Shown here piece after piece: positions 1 through 11,208 of a stretch of DNA of 64,000 nucleotides (positions are counted from its first letter, which is position 1; the number at the start of each line of letters is the position of its first letter). The translations under genes and the position numbers were made by a program. The notes under the pieces were generated by a model. That model ran no database searches, was not told the origin of the DNA, and was given only the letters and a program-made list of their open reading frames with translations. The stretch is from NCBI RefSeq assembly GCF_043101355.1, contig NZ_JBICHZ010000005.1. One strand, 5' to 3'. The DNA comes from Rhodopirellula sp. JB044. GTDB lineage: Bacteria > Planctomycetota > Planctomycetia > Pirellulales > Pirellulaceae.

Positions 1-822
1 TACGTTTTCCAACAAGGCAGTGGATGGTTTATCCCTGACACCCCCGGCGCCGAGCCAATTCGAATGATGGCGGGCGATCATCTGATCACGCCATGGGGGA
101 CACCGCACCGTATGCTGCACACTCTCGACTGCTCTGCCGAGCCGGTGGCCGAACGGGTCGACGATCCGACATGGCATATCCCAACTGGACCTGAATCCAC
201 CGCCATTCTCTACGCACAGTTCTCTCTGAATGAACTGAAACAGAACCCGCTTTCGATCGGGCTACCCAAATATGTCCACTTAAATCATCGCGCCGATTCA
301 TCACTTCGATCCTGCATCCCGATCTTGGATGTTCTATCGACGGCCAAACGCGAAGCCGAACACGGTTGGCAACTCACCGTCCGAAAACTTGCCGAAATTA
401 TCTTCATCAAAACGCTTTCGGTTGAACTCACCAACGGCTCCGAGGGCACCAACGGAAATGGTGGCAATCATTTGATGCATGCATTGACGGATGCCACCGT
501 CGGCCCCGTCCTCAAAGTGCTCGTCGACTCGCTCGGTGATCCATGGACGGTTCCGAAAATGGCCAAACTCGCCAAGGTATCTAAGTCGGCATTCTCCGAA
601 CGATTCCGCAACCTCGTCGGTACCCCACCGCTGCAGTACCTGACCGAGATTCGAATGCAAAACGCGTGCGAACTGCTGAGAGAGAGCACGATCGAAATCG
701 CAAACATTGCAACACTGGTAGGCTACGAATCACCCTCATCGTTCAGCAACGCATTCAAACGGTGGAACGGGAAGTCACCCGCAGAATACCGACGCGGTGC
801 AAAACAGCTTCAGCAAAGCTGA
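1..822 (+). CDS. AraC-family transcriptional regulator with N-terminal cupin (Cupin_6/RclR-like); 5'-truncated by the window edge
   Basis: The frame is open from base 1 (YVFQQGSGWFIPDTPGAEPIRMMAGD...), so the track start at 64 is internal. It has a C-terminal double HTH (WTVPKMAKLAKVSKSAFSERFRNLVGTPPLQYL...IATLVGYESPSSFSNAFKRWNGKSPAEYR). Confidence 0.9.
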   Translation, partial: YVFQQGSGWFIPDTPGAEPIRMMAGDHLITPWGTPHRMLHTLDCSAEPVAERVDDPTWHIPTGPESTAILYAQFSLNELKQNPLSIGLPKYVHLNHRADSSLRSCIPILDVLSTAKREAEHGWQLTVRKLAEIIFIKTLSVELTNGSEGTNGNGGNHLMHALTDATVGPVLKVLVDSLGDPWTVPKMAKLAKVSKSAFSERFRNLVGTPPLQYLTEIRMQNACELLRESTIEIANIATLVGYESPSSFSNAFKRWNGKSPAEYRRGAKQLQQS

Positions 823-873
823 ATAGCCCATCACGCTAAAGAGCCAATCACGAAGTGAAGTTGCACGATCCGT

Positions 874-903
874 GGCGGAGCCCTTTTTCATAGGAGTTCC
901 GCC
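874..903. terminator. Imperfect hairpin between convergent genes (possible bidirectional terminator)
   Basis: ggcggagccc-tttttcata-ggagttccgcc lies between the AraC stop (822) and the stop of the minus-strand gene (934). The stem is imperfect and there is no clear U-tract. Confidence 0.3.
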
Positions 904-933
904 GCTCTCGTAAACGGAACGCCGCAAAACCGA

Positions 934-2451
934 CTAGGACGCCGGCGGCTCTTGCGATTCTTCGGTCGTTGCTGACTTACGACCGCGTAGTTCGACCGTC
1001 AACACAACGCCACTGACGAACAGCATTCCGGCGTATGCGACAGGCGACAGGCTTACAGAACCGGACGCCGTTTCGTCATTTTCGCCCACCATGGGCACCT
1101 CGACTCCCATCGTCAACGCACGGTCACGATAGACCGCACGAACATCATGCCCTGGGACGGCAGCCAATTGAAAACTACGGAAGTGCCCCATGCGGGGATC
1201 GAGTTGCACCTCGACTGATTCCTGCAAAGGCAATTGCATCGCACGCGGTAACACCACATGCCCGATCGCAATGAGCCCTCCGTCACGTGCTGCATCGAGA
1301 GCAAACTGGCCTGCAGCATTTTCACTCGTACGGTCAGTCGATCCTGCCGATGGAGTCACCGACTGCTCTGCATGTGCATTGGCGGAAATGCGATCGATCG
1401 TTTCACTTTCGATCTTCCATGCGTCATCGTCAGCAGATTTCTCCGATGATCGGTTTGCCTGTCCTGACGAATCAATCTCGATCAAACCACATTCACCGTC
1501 CAACGCGAAGTCAAGCTTGTCTTTTGCATCCTGAACGTCGTCAAGGACTGACAAACCAACCTTGAATGCGGGACCGTAATCCGATGGGAAATCAACGACA
1601 GGCACCGTACCGGATGATGCTCGACCTTCGTCGTTGGCAATCGTGCTAATCACGCCGTTCAGTTCGCCCTCATCCATCGCGAACTCGAGAGCGTCACCGT
1701 ATTCAGCACCGCGTCCACCGTCAAAAACATCAGCCCGAACCGCGTCTCGCACGCCGGGATCGCGTTGATCGGCATCACGTTGCGGGTTGTTGACAACGAC
1801 AAACCAGATAGCCGGTGGCTGCTCCGTGCGTATCGGAATGACTTCGATTTTGATGTCATGTTCGACATCTTGATAACGCTCGGAACTCTCTCGCTGAAAG
1901 ATCTGCGCTCGTTCATGAACCCATTGATCGTAGACTTCTCGCGAGAAGTCCTTTTTGTCGACACTGACGTTGTTCAGACGGTCATAACGTGCAACGTCCC
2001 AAGCATCGATTGCGACGCCCTTCGGCACCGCCATCAACGGTCGTTCTATCGCCGAGTCCGTCACCTGTTCCGGTCGAACGACCCAAGGCGTATGGAAAAC
2101 TCCGTTGGTGAACTTGTCGCGGGCTCGTTCTCCAACATCACCCACGATATCGTCCGCGGCTTGGAATACGACGCCGTGCTCTGCCGCGGCAATGTGCATC
2201 CTCTCAGGAACGCTCACGTCCATCGGTCGATCCGCGGAGGCTCGTATGCCTTCGAACCTCTCGGCTCTCGCGGTTGGCGAGAGATCCGCCAACGCGGCAA
2301 AGTCGGCCGACAGCAACGCGCGCGACTCGAGTGGCTCGAGACGCAAAGTGCGTTCACGATTCGACGGTTTGCGGTAACGTTGCTTTTGTTTTTTCAAAGT
2401 AGACTTCAAAATTTCAGTCAACCAAATTTCTGTCAACACGTGCTTTGACAT
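934..2451 (-). CDS. LEPR-XLL (planctomycete extracellular) domain protein with C-terminal membrane segment
   Basis: Basic N-terminus followed by RTLRLEPLESRALLSAD, the LEPR-XLL signature. C-terminal hydrophobic AYAGMLFVSGVVLTVEL is followed by RGRK. The likely start is the ATG at 2451 (track start 2478). Confidence 0.75.
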   Translation of the reverse strand: MSKHVLTEIWLTEILKSTLKKQKQRYRKPSNRERTLRLEPLESRALLSADFAALADLSPTARAERFEGIRASADRPMDVSVPERMHIAAAEHGVVFQAADDIVGDVGERARDKFTNGVFHTPWVVRPEQVTDSAIERPLMAVPKGVAIDAWDVARYDRLNNVSVDKKDFSREVYDQWVHERAQIFQRESSERYQDVEHDIKIEVIPIRTEQPPAIWFVVVNNPQRDADQRDPGVRDAVRADVFDGGRGAEYGDALEFAMDEGELNGVISTIANDEGRASSGTVPVVDFPSDYGPAFKVGLSVLDDVQDAKDKLDFALDGECGLIEIDSSGQANRSSEKSADDDAWKIESETIDRISANAHAEQSVTPSAGSTDRTSENAAGQFALDAARDGGLIAIGHVVLPRAMQLPLQESVEVQLDPRMGHFRSFQLAAVPGHDVRAVYRDRALTMGVEVPMVGENDETASGSVSLSPVAYAGMLFVSGVVLTVELRGRKSATTEESQEPPAS

Positions 2452-2495
2452 CGGCCGCAACGGACGTCCGTTCATCATAGTTTAAACCGAGAATT

Positions 2496-5330
2496 TCAGT
2501 CCAGACGAATCGGAACGTCAACTGACCGATAAACTGGACGATCGAGCATGTCTTCTGGAGGATCATAGCCCGAATCGATGGCCATCTGCATCGTCTCTCG
2601 GCAGAAATCGCGAAGCTCATTGGTTGCTAAACCATTGATGGGTGTTTGCTCATTGGTTTCCGAACGATCGACCGATATTCGTTCGAGATCGGCTTCCTCT
2701 GACATCACGCGAACCTCTTCGGCAACTCCCGCGAGCCGTTCGCCGTCTCCCTTCCATAACTCACGCCGACGCTTCGCAGTTTCGAACGCTTCGGCATCGC
2801 GGCCGGCCGAACGAAGCAATTTGGCGTAGTTGAAGTAGTGTTTACTGAGATACTCTCGGTACTGGGGAACCTCGGGGGTTGATTGATAGGCTCGCGTTTG
2901 ATGCTTGACCGCCATGCGATAGGACTCGATCGCGCCATCAACTTCGCCGAGTTTCTCCTGAGCAAACCCACGGTTGTTGTAGACGCCACCGAGTGTGCTC
3001 TGCAGATCAGCATCATTGACGAACAACTCAGCAAGAGGAATCTGATGCGCCAGCGATTGATCAAACGCCTCCCGCGCTTCCTCATATCGTTGGTGCGCAG
3101 CGAGCGCTAAACCATAGTTGTTATGAGTCACCGCGATATCGCGTTGATAGTTGAGCTGGTTTGGCCAACGTTCGATCAACTGCGACTGAAGATCGATCGC
3201 TTGCCGATACGAGTGAATTGCCGAGTCCACGTCGCCGGCCACTACTTGCGCCGCACCGAGGCTATTCAACGTCAACGCCACGCGGCTCGCCGTTTTAGGA
3301 TCACCCGGTTGGGCATTGAGTTCGTCCGTCTGATTTCGAAGCGCCGTGCGAGCGTACTCAACGGCGCGTCCCGGATCACGATCCGCCAACAAACCAGAGA
3401 GGTTCTGATAAGTCGACGCCAATTGCAGCGCGACTTCTCCGGTTCGCTTCGCATCCGCGATCGATTCGGACAATTCGATACTGCGTTGGTAGGCATCCTC
3501 CGCATCATCGAGGTTTCCGGTCTTGCTCAGCAGTAGCCCGAGGTTATTGAGCGACAACGCCAAGCCAGCTTTCGCATCTGCATCACCCGGCCGCTCTCGG
3601 ACTAAATCCTCCTGTCGAGCAATCGCCGATCGGTACCAACCGAACGCAGCCTCATACTGGCCGGCTTGATCCAACGCCAACGCCAAGTTGTTTTCCCCTG
3701 TCGCCAACTCCTGCAGTCGGTTCACGTCAAACGGTTGTGCGTCGGCTCGCTTTGCGAACAACTCACGCGACATTTCGAGAGACTCAATTGCTTCCTCGAC
3801 CGCCCCCACTTCGCTCTGAATCGAACCGATCTTTCCGTAGGTGACTGCGAGATCGTGCATCAACTTAGGATCGTCATCCGCCCGGGCAGCAAAGTCTTGA
3901 TAGTACGCAAGAGTCTCCTGCAACAACTGACGCCGAACCGATTCTGCACCCGGAACATCGGCAAGCTTCTCGGCCACTTGGGCACCTAGCCGATCAACCT
4001 GGGCCCGAGACGCCAACTCGCTTCTTGCCAACTGTTCCGCGTTCTCGTCGGATTCCCGTTTCGCCGCGGTGATCATCGCGATGCTGATCGACAGTCCCAA
4101 TAACGCAACAAGCACGAGGCCTGCCGTGGCGGTCACGATTGCACGATGACGGGCCGCCCAGTGCGTCACACGGTCGAACAGCGTGGGAGGTCGTGCTTGC
4201 GTCGGTTCGCCCGCGAGGACTCGCCGCAAGTCGCTCGCTAGATCCGCCGCCGTGTCGTAACGCCCGTCCCGCGACTTCGCCATCGCTTTGGCGACCACGG
4301 TCTCTAAATCGGCCGGGACATCTGAACGAATCGATCGCAGAAGAGGCGCGTTGCGTTCGTCAATGTGACGCAAAACCGCAGGCGCATCTCCTCCGTCAAA
4401 CGCCGGTTGCAAACACAACATTTCATACAGAGTGGCACCGAGGGAATACACATCCGTACGCCCATCGACAATCGCTGAATCGCCGCGAGCCTGCTCCGGA
4501 CTCATGTACCGCATCGTCCCGACGACGTCGCCCGTTTTGGTCAGTGTTGCTTCGGTTTGGCAACGAGCCAAACCGAAGTCAGTGATCCATACCTTTCCAT
4601 TGCGATCGATCATCACATTGGACGGTTTGACATCGCGATGAATCACCCCAAATTGATGCGCCGTATCGAGCGCCTCGGCAATTTGGATTCCGATGGAAAC
4701 CACAGACTCAATCGACGGTTGTTCGCTATGCTCGATTTGCTTTGCAATCACCTCATCGAAAGACTGCCCGTCGATAAACTGCATCGCATAATAGTGCACA
4801 CCCCGCACCGAACCGACCGTGTACACAGGCACAATGTTCGGATGATGTAGCAGAGCCGCAGCATGGGCTTCGTTGTTGAAACGAGCGATCTGTCGCGAGT
4901 CCAACACGGCGGCAAACGGCAATAACTTAATCGCGACAATCCGATCGAGCGACAATTGTTTGGCGCGATAAACGACCCCCATTCCGCCGCGACCGATCTC
5001 TTCGAGCAAACGAAAATCACCGAGCAATTTCTCAGAGGATTCCGCCGACTCATTATCCGTGTCCCCTTCCTCCACACCGTCCTGCGGAACGAACCCGGCC
5101 GCTATTTGATGCAGATCCTCCAATCCGGCAATGTGGGAACGCAGCGGTTCGATGAGTTCGCGATCGTCCGCCGCGAGCTGCTCCACCGACGGCGGCACGC
5201 CTTTCTCTAATGCGATCAAATACTGATCGAGCAACGCGGTGAGACGTAGCTTCTGATGGTAAGTCAGCTTCCGGGTAGTTTCCGACTCGAAACTGAAGTC
5301 AGAAAACGACGACGATTCGATACCGCTCAC
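2496..5330 (-). CDS. Hanks-type Ser/Thr protein kinase with one transmembrane helix and C-terminal TPR repeats
   Basis: Kinase motifs GRGGMGVVY, VAIK, HRDVKPSN, DFGLA and GTMRYMSPEQ. TM segment IVTATAGLVLVALLGLSISIAMI. Repeated LA.S.NNLG TPR units. GTGA overlap with the sigma-factor stop. Confidence 0.95.
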   Translation of the reverse strand: MSGIESSSFSDFSFESETTRKLTYHQKLRLTALLDQYLIALEKGVPPSVEQLAADDRELIEPLRSHIAGLEDLHQIAAGFVPQDGVEEGDTDNESAESSEKLLGDFRLLEEIGRGGMGVVYRAKQLSLDRIVAIKLLPFAAVLDSRQIARFNNEAHAAALLHHPNIVPVYTVGSVRGVHYYAMQFIDGQSFDEVIAKQIEHSEQPSIESVVSIGIQIAEALDTAHQFGVIHRDVKPSNVMIDRNGKVWITDFGLARCQTEATLTKTGDVVGTMRYMSPEQARGDSAIVDGRTDVYSLGATLYEMLCLQPAFDGGDAPAVLRHIDERNAPLLRSIRSDVPADLETVVAKAMAKSRDGRYDTAADLASDLRRVLAGEPTQARPPTLFDRVTHWAARHRAIVTATAGLVLVALLGLSISIAMITAAKRESDENAEQLARSELASRAQVDRLGAQVAEKLADVPGAESVRRQLLQETLAYYQDFAARADDDPKLMHDLAVTYGKIGSIQSEVGAVEEAIESLEMSRELFAKRADAQPFDVNRLQELATGENNLALALDQAGQYEAAFGWYRSAIARQEDLVRERPGDADAKAGLALSLNNLGLLLSKTGNLDDAEDAYQRSIELSESIADAKRTGEVALQLASTYQNLSGLLADRDPGRAVEYARTALRNQTDELNAQPGDPKTASRVALTLNSLGAAQVVAGDVDSAIHSYRQAIDLQSQLIERWPNQLNYQRDIAVTHNNYGLALAAHQRYEEAREAFDQSLAHQIPLAELFVNDADLQSTLGGVYNNRGFAQEKLGEVDGAIESYRMAVKHQTRAYQSTPEVPQYREYLSKHYFNYAKLLRSAGRDAEAFETAKRRRELWKGDGERLAGVAEEVRVMSEEADLERISVDRSETNEQTPINGLATNELRDFCRETMQMAIDSGYDPPEDMLDRPVYRSVDVPIRLD

Positions 5331-5968
5331 GCATTGGCCTCAAAAGAGGCTTTGAATTTGTCCATTGCTCGCAACCACAACATCCGCACCGATCCTGGTT
5401 TTCGATCAAGACGATCTGCAATCTCGTCAAAAGACAAACCTTGCAAGTTACGAAGTACGATCACATCACGGTATTGAGGTCGTAGTTTTGCGAGCTGATC
5501 AGCCAACTCCACTGCACGCTCGCGGCGACGCATCGGTTCACTCGGCGACGGCCCACGATCGGCCAACATGTTGGCAAAATTTGCTGCGCTGTTGTCGATC
5601 GTTTGGCTGACTTGTTCGATCGAAATTTCACGACGCATGTCTCGCTTCTGAGCGTTGAAGTGCACGTCGATCGCCGTCCGCAGACAATTCACCAAAATCT
5701 GCCGCAACCAGGCTAAGAACTCATGCTCCGTCCCGCCACGAAAAGCCTCAAAATCACGGTGAGCACCCAGCATCGTTTCTTGAACCAAATCCGAAGGATT
5801 CATCCTCCGTCGCAATCGCCCGTCCAACTGGGTGGTCGCCAAAACAGTCAAATAGTTCCGGTATAACTGAAGCAATTCACCAAGGGATTCGGCACCCTCG
5901 TCGCGGGCTTTCTCCAGCATAACTTGAACGGGCGATGCGGCTTCGTCCGGTGTCTCGGCTTTATTCAT
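5327..5968 (-). CDS. ECF sigma-70 factor, planctomycete kinase-associated type
   Basis: Region 2: LGELLQLYRNYL...SDLVQET...EFLAWLRQIL. Region 4: LRPQYRDVIVLRNLQGLSFDEIADRLDRKPGSVRMLWLRA. The probable start is the ATG at 5968 (track ORF extends to 6112). Coupled to the kinase. Confidence 0.92.
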   Translation of the reverse strand: MNKAETPDEAASPVQVMLEKARDEGAESLGELLQLYRNYLTVLATTQLDGRLRRRMNPSDLVQETMLGAHRDFEAFRGGTEHEFLAWLRQILVNCLRTAIDVHFNAQKRDMRREISIEQVSQTIDNSAANFANMLADRGPSPSEPMRRRERAVELADQLAKLRPQYRDVIVLRNLQGLSFDEIADRLDRKPGSVRMLWLRAMDKFKASFEANA

Positions 5969-6248
5969 AACGACATTCGATCCATCTCTTGCATGGGATT
6001 CCGCGACCCGTTCACGGCGGGTCTCAGCGTCTAAAGTCAGTTTAACCGGCCGTCCGACCAACCACGAAAACGCAGGGCCAAACTCAGTGTTGCCGCTTTC
6101 ACCGATCGACAAGCTATCACTCTAACCCAGCATCGCACCATGAGTTCCGCGACATCCCGGACAGGCGAGCAACCGAAACGGCGATTCTCAACACTCACGA
6201 CTTAGCAACCGCCGGGAATTCCACGAAACGCCCCCGAACGAGAGGAGG

Positions 6249-7265
6249 TTATTCGTCTCCGCTCGACTCGCGACGGCCCGGCCGATCCACCCATTGGTAG
6301 GCACGTTGTGAATTCAACGACGCGAAATTACGAACCGCGTTTTCTCCCCATTCCGCCGCGTACTCGAAGACGATTCGCTGCAACGATTCGTAGTCGGCCG
6401 CTCGCTCGGAAACCGGCCAATTGCTGGCATAAATCACTCTATCGTCACCAAACGCGTCCCAAACGACGTCCAAGTACGGCCGGTAAAAGCCGAGATCATT
6501 GGGGGCCTGTGCGCCGCTTTCTCGCTCCGCGTTTTCGACCAAAGCCGAGATTTTGCAAAAGACGTTGGCGTGTCTTGCCGCCGAACGAATGCCTTTCACC
6601 CAATCTTCCGGTGGAGGCGTTGACGAAACCTTCACGTTGCCGATGTGGTTGATCACCATTCTCAACCGAGGAATTTTCTCAGCGGCCCTCGCCACCACTG
6701 CCGGGGTTCCCGCGCCTCCGTTAACGTCGAGCGCAAGACCTTTCTCAGCGAGCAGACGCAAATCATTCAAGGAATCTTCATCTTCGCGGCTTGCTCGAAG
6801 CAGTTCGTCGAGTCTGGTACTTCGAACTCGAATACCACGAAACAATGAATTCCCAGCGAATCGACTGAGTTGCATGGCGAATTCGGTCGACCCGATCGGC
6901 AATCGTCCAATGATGCCAACGATGAAAGGATCATCGGCAGCCAAGCCCAACAACCATGCGTTGTCCTCCACACGTGAACTCGCCTCGACAATCACCGTTC
7001 CAGAGACGGGGCGAAATTGCTTCAGCGCACGAAAGTGGCCAGGCAACACAGTCCGGTACAGCGAAGAATCTCTCGAAGGCCACGGCACGCCTTCGGGCCG
7101 ACTCGGATCGTAAAAGTGCGTGTGGCAATCGATAATGTCGAGGTCATCTATCCAAGCCGACGGTTCGTCTGCTCGCGCGGAAGGCTGACCGCATGTTACC
7201 CCCATCCCCAAACTGAATGCGATTGCCGCCAAGATCCAAATTCGATGTTGAGACATCCAAATCAT
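6249..7265 (-). CDS. Secreted amidohydrolase_2-family protein (sugar-lactonase-like)
   Basis: Signal peptide; DCHTHFYD metal motif; FRGIR; INHIG; CKISAL; YASNWPV. ATGA overlap with the upstream WD40 gene. Confidence 0.8.
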   Translation of the reverse strand: MIWMSQHRIWILAAIAFSLGMGVTCGQPSARADEPSAWIDDLDIIDCHTHFYDPSRPEGVPWPSRDSSLYRTVLPGHFRALKQFRPVSGTVIVEASSRVEDNAWLLGLAADDPFIVGIIGRLPIGSTEFAMQLSRFAGNSLFRGIRVRSTRLDELLRASREDEDSLNDLRLLAEKGLALDVNGGAGTPAVVARAAEKIPRLRMVINHIGNVKVSSTPPPEDWVKGIRSAARHANVFCKISALVENAERESGAQAPNDLGFYRPYLDVVWDAFGDDRVIYASNWPVSERAADYESLQRIVFEYAAEWGENAVRNFASLNSQRAYQWVDRPGRRESSGDE

Positions 7266-8770
7266 TTCGTTTTGATCACATGAGAATGAAGCCGACCGGC
7301 CGAATCCCCTGTGATCGCGGTGGCACCGTTGAAGGTCAACACCGATTGTAGCGGAAGGTTCTTGATATTGTTGTGCTCGCTATCGTTCGGAACGGTGAAG
7401 ACGCTGACAATATTCGCATCGCTCGACCACACGCGTACTTTCTGATCTCGGCCGCAACTGACTAACTCGCCGCTCGGACCAAACCGCAGATCCAGCACAC
7501 CGTTGGGGATTTCACCATAAAAACCGCTCGGTCGCATGGGTTGGTGTGCTTTCGCTTTTGTGTATAGCGGCCAACCTTTTGCCACGTCCCACCACACGAT
7601 CAGACCGTCCTCTCCACTGGACGCCAACACGCGAGAATCGGATCGCCATTCGAGTGCCGTCACGGAAGCCTTGTGTTCCGCCAACGGGCGAATGACGCCT
7701 CCGCTTTCGGCATCCCACAAATGAATGTTTCCGACGCGATCGGCCGTTGCGAGATATTTTCCATCGGGGCTGAACGCCACCGCAGTCACCCAGTCGGTGT
7801 GTTTGACCAACCGATAAAGCAACTCGCCTGTCTCAGTAGAGAACACTTTAATCATCCGGCCCGAACCGCCGATCGCGACTCGTCGTTCGTCAGGCGAGAG
7901 ATCCGCAGCCATGATCACATCGGCCTCGTCGCCCATCTTTGCCAGACGCTTCCCGGTTTTCACGTCAAACAGTACCGCGACCCCATTCTGCACGGGACGC
8001 CCTCCGGCAACCATTAACAGTCGCCCCGATCGGCTGAACCGCAGCACATGCGGTTCGCCTTCAGGGAACGCCACCGCTCCGACGGTCTCCTGCGATTGCG
8101 TGTTCACAAACTCTACGCGTTCATACGAACCGACCGCCAACAGAGGCGCTCGCGGGCTCGCCGCCATCGCAATTACGGGGAACGCACGCAGTGTTCGCGC
8201 GGGCTTCAACGGCGACAAGGCTTCGGGCATCGCCGGTGGCGTGTCGTCGAAATCAGTCATCGACGTCGGCGTGAACGCCACACCTTGTTTCTTCTCGACC
8301 TTGCTCCCCGCGTTTTGCCGCAACCCAGAGTCAATCCAGGCGCGAATCAACGCGACCTGTTCTTTGGGAAGAGGATCATTTTCCGGAGGCATTCGCTCCG
8401 CCGGATCTTCGGCCACGATAATCTCCAACAACCGACTGCTACTCGAACGCCCCGCGACGACGAGATCATCATTCCCGGCGATGTCCACATAACTGGCCAA
8501 GTTGAGCCCCGCTTCTTGCTTCGCATCACCGTGACATTGCCAACAATGGCGTTTCAAAATTGCAGAGACATGATCATCAAAATTGACAGGCGGCTCCCCC
8601 AAAGCCTCGCGATTGGCCTCCACCGCGATCGCTTCCGAGGGCAGAATCATCGCTGCGAACGCGAGCAAACACGCCACGTGCCACGACGGCAAACAAGGGT
8701 TTGGTTTCGCTCGTTTCTTCGTTTGAACTGGAATCATGAGGGTCATCAAAACGGGAAAACTATCGGACAT
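7262..8770 (-). CDS. Planctomycete cytochrome c (PSCyt1-like) domain + WD40 repeat protein
   Basis: [20 protein letters not shown] contains a CxxCH heme motif and is followed by ERMPP...WIDSG. WD40 repeats include [30 protein letters not shown]. Confidence 0.88.
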   Translation of the reverse strand: MSDSFPVLMTLMIPVQTKKRAKPNPCLPSWHVACLLAFAAMILPSEAIAVEANREALGEPPVNFDDHVSAILKRHCWQCHGDAKQEAGLNLASYVDIAGNDDLVVAGRSSSSRLLEIIVAEDPAERMPPENDPLPKEQVALIRAWIDSGLRQNAGSKVEKKQGVAFTPTSMTDFDDTPPAMPEALSPLKPARTLRAFPVIAMAASPRAPLLAVGSYERVEFVNTQSQETVGAVAFPEGEPHVLRFSRSGRLLMVAGGRPVQNGVAVLFDVKTGKRLAKMGDEADVIMAADLSPDERRVAIGGSGRMIKVFSTETGELLYRLVKHTDWVTAVAFSPDGKYLATADRVGNIHLWDAESGGVIRPLAEHKASVTALEWRSDSRVLASSGEDGLIVWWDVAKGWPLYTKAKAHQPMRPSGFYGEIPNGVLDLRFGPSGELVSCGRDQKVRVWSSDANIVSVFTVPNDSEHNNIKNLPLQSVLTFNGATAITGDSAGRLHSHVIKTK

Positions 8771-8817
8771 ACGGCGTGGCAGCGAAACATCGAGACTGAG
8801 GATACAGTCGGGTGGCG

Positions 8818-11124
8818 TTAGTGGTTAAACGAAAACTCCGTTGAGTTGAACAAGCCCCAAAAGATATCTTCATACGCCTTTGGGTCTTTGGTAGAATCAC
8901 CCACCACCGCAACGAGATCTTTAATCTCCTCCTCGGTGGGCTGGCGAGAGAGAGTTCGCACAAACAATTCTTCGATAACCTGCTCGGGCTGTTCTTTCGA
9001 TGCGACGAGTTTTCGGATCTCACCATTGGCCCACAATCGCTTCTGAATCGTTTCGCCAACGGCAAGGTGCAGTGCCTGCGACAAGGTCGGCTGTGTGTCT
9101 GTTTCGCAGGCACATATCGTGGCACGACTCGATCGGCCGAACGTCTTAAAGAACGGCGTCCCGTAGTTCGGCCCTCCCGTGTCACCGCCGGAGATCGGGA
9201 AATAATTGATCGCGCGAGTACCGGCGGCAAACTTTGGCAACGACGCCTGCATGCCTGTCGCGGTGGCAACGGAATCGAGCAACACGTCCGCCCGCAAATG
9301 CCTCAGGTAAGCATGCGAGAATTGTCGGGTGTCCCCCTTGTTCGACGCGTTGGGCTGAACACTCAGTTGATAGACCCGAGAGTTGCAAATGTCTCGCACC
9401 AACGTTCTGAGATCGAAACCGGAATCCACCAAGCGGTCGGAAATCGCGTCGAGCAGCGGCCCATTGACCGGTGGATTACTGACGCGAATGTCATCGACCG
9501 GCTCAACGATCCCTTTGCCGAGCAACTGTGCCCAGATTCGGTTAGCAATGTTGCGACTGAACATCTCGTTGTCAGGCGACGTCAACCATTCCGCGAGCTC
9601 CTTCCTCGGATCGCCGTCACTCGCCACCGGTTCGACACCACCGAGCACGCGTGGCGGCATCGGACGCTTGTCAACGACGTGCTTCATCGGCGGCGTTGAC
9701 GTGTCATAGAAAATCCTCCGTTCACGAGGTTCCACACCGGGTTTGCGTTTCATCCCAGCAAAGAAACTGACAAAGCTATAATAGTCGTCCTGGGTCCACC
9801 GATCGAACGGATGGTTGTGGCATTCGGCACATTGAATCTGCACCCCGAGAAAGACCTGCGAGAAATCGGCGGCGAAGACTTTGGGTTCGAAACGAGGTGC
9901 GTGGACCATCATCGTGTACAGGTTCGCGGGTCCGTTGGTCAAATTACTGCCCGACGCAACGACCATTTCTTCCACGAATTCGTTCAGCGGACGTCCCGAT
10001 CGCATTTGCTTTCGGATCCATTCGTAAAACGACATCGCGGCTTTAACGTGCGTCGCGGCGGGAGCATAGTTGCCGCCAATGATTCGCAGTTGCTCCGCCC
10101 ACAACGCCGTCCACAAGTCCGCAAACTCATCGTTTGCCAGCAACTCGTCGATCTTTGCCGCACGATCTCGATCGCCATCCATGAACTCGCGGTACTCGTC
10201 TACCGTCGGAGTTCGGCCGGCCAGGTCCAACGTTACACGTCGCAAGAACGTCTCGTCATCGCACAGCCCCGACGGAGTGATTCGCAGTTTCTGCAATCGG
10301 TCATAGACCAGTTGATCGATGTAGTTCGTCGCGGGTGGATTGGGCCAATCAAACCCTTCAGCGGGCGGCAACACGATGACCTCCACCCCGACCGTGAATC
10401 GGTTGTAGCGTGCGAACACGTACGTATCACCTGGACCGACCGCCGTCACGATGCCATTGTCATCGATCGTCGCCACGCTTTCGTTGTTGCTGTGGAATCG
10501 TGCCAACGAAGTGACCAACCGCTTCGAACCATCACTCGCGATCGCGCCAACCCGTAAACGATCTTTGGCACCTTTCTTTTCAAACAGAAACCGCTTTTTC
10601 GAGAGGATCACCTCGACCGTGTCGGGAACCGAATCGGAGTCATCGGGTGCACCGGCGGCAATCCAACGATAGAGCGTTTCATAGTACTCGCTGGATTCGT
10701 CAAATAGTTTCCCGCCGGTGTGCGCTACTTTCCCTGTAGATTTCAACAGCAGCAAGCTTTGTTCGGGAACCGCCGTGTTGACACGCCGCCCCACCATTTC
10801 ATTCACGGTGCGGTGATAGTCGCCTTTGGGATCGTACCCGAACAACGACAACATGAAGCCGTCCTTGCCACTCGCGGCGCCGTGGCACGACCCCGCGTTG
10901 CACCCGGCTCGAAAGAACACCGGCATCACGTCGCGACGAAAACTCGGCACGTCGATTTCAGCGACATTGTCGTTGGCAGCAACAGTTGTGAATGAGATGC
11001 CCACGACAAGAATTGCTAGTATCAAACTCAACGTCCGACGATGGGGCGTGATACTTGCAACGCCGTTGGCAAAGACTGCCTTGAGCAATAATTTTCTGAA
11101 CATGAAATCGAGTGCAAAAGTCAT
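8818..11124 (-). CDS. DUF1549/DUF1553 (PSCyt2/PSD1) protein with Ig-like (BIG2) domain
   Basis: [23 protein letters not shown]; NYIDQLV...[19 protein letters not shown]; [25 protein letters not shown]; [18 protein letters not shown]; [13 protein letters not shown]; [17 protein letters not shown]. Confidence 0.92.
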   Translation of the reverse strand: MTFALDFMFRKLLLKAVFANGVASITPHRRTLSLILAILVVGISFTTVAANDNVAEIDVPSFRRDVMPVFFRAGCNAGSCHGAASGKDGFMLSLFGYDPKGDYHRTVNEMVGRRVNTAVPEQSLLLLKSTGKVAHTGGKLFDESSEYYETLYRWIAAGAPDDSDSVPDTVEVILSKKRFLFEKKGAKDRLRVGAIASDGSKRLVTSLARFHSNNESVATIDDNGIVTAVGPGDTYVFARYNRFTVGVEVIVLPPAEGFDWPNPPATNYIDQLVYDRLQKLRITPSGLCDDETFLRRVTLDLAGRTPTVDEYREFMDGDRDRAAKIDELLANDEFADLWTALWAEQLRIIGGNYAPAATHVKAAMSFYEWIRKQMRSGRPLNEFVEEMVVASGSNLTNGPANLYTMMVHAPRFEPKVFAADFSQVFLGVQIQCAECHNHPFDRWTQDDYYSFVSFFAGMKRKPGVEPRERRIFYDTSTPPMKHVVDKRPMPPRVLGGVEPVASDGDPRKELAEWLTSPDNEMFSRNIANRIWAQLLGKGIVEPVDDIRVSNPPVNGPLLDAISDRLVDSGFDLRTLVRDICNSRVYQLSVQPNASNKGDTRQFSHAYLRHLRADVLLDSVATATGMQASLPKFAAGTRAINYFPISGGDTGGPNYGTPFFKTFGRSSRATICACETDTQPTLSQALHLAVGETIQKRLWANGEIRKLVASKEQPEQVIEELFVRTLSRQPTEEEIKDLVAVVGDSTKDPKAYEDIFWGLFNSTEFSFNH

Positions 11125-11208
11125 GATGCGTTCCTAAATGCCCGATTCATTTCGTGTGGGCAAAACGTTTTGGTGCGGCCGAGGGTCGAGTTTTTCGTCA
11201 AACGTTCG

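Noticed and set aside
1765-2448. 227-aa + strand ORF with an ATC start
   Set aside because: Antisense to the LEPR-XLL gene, which has a clear family signature; weak start and no motifs.
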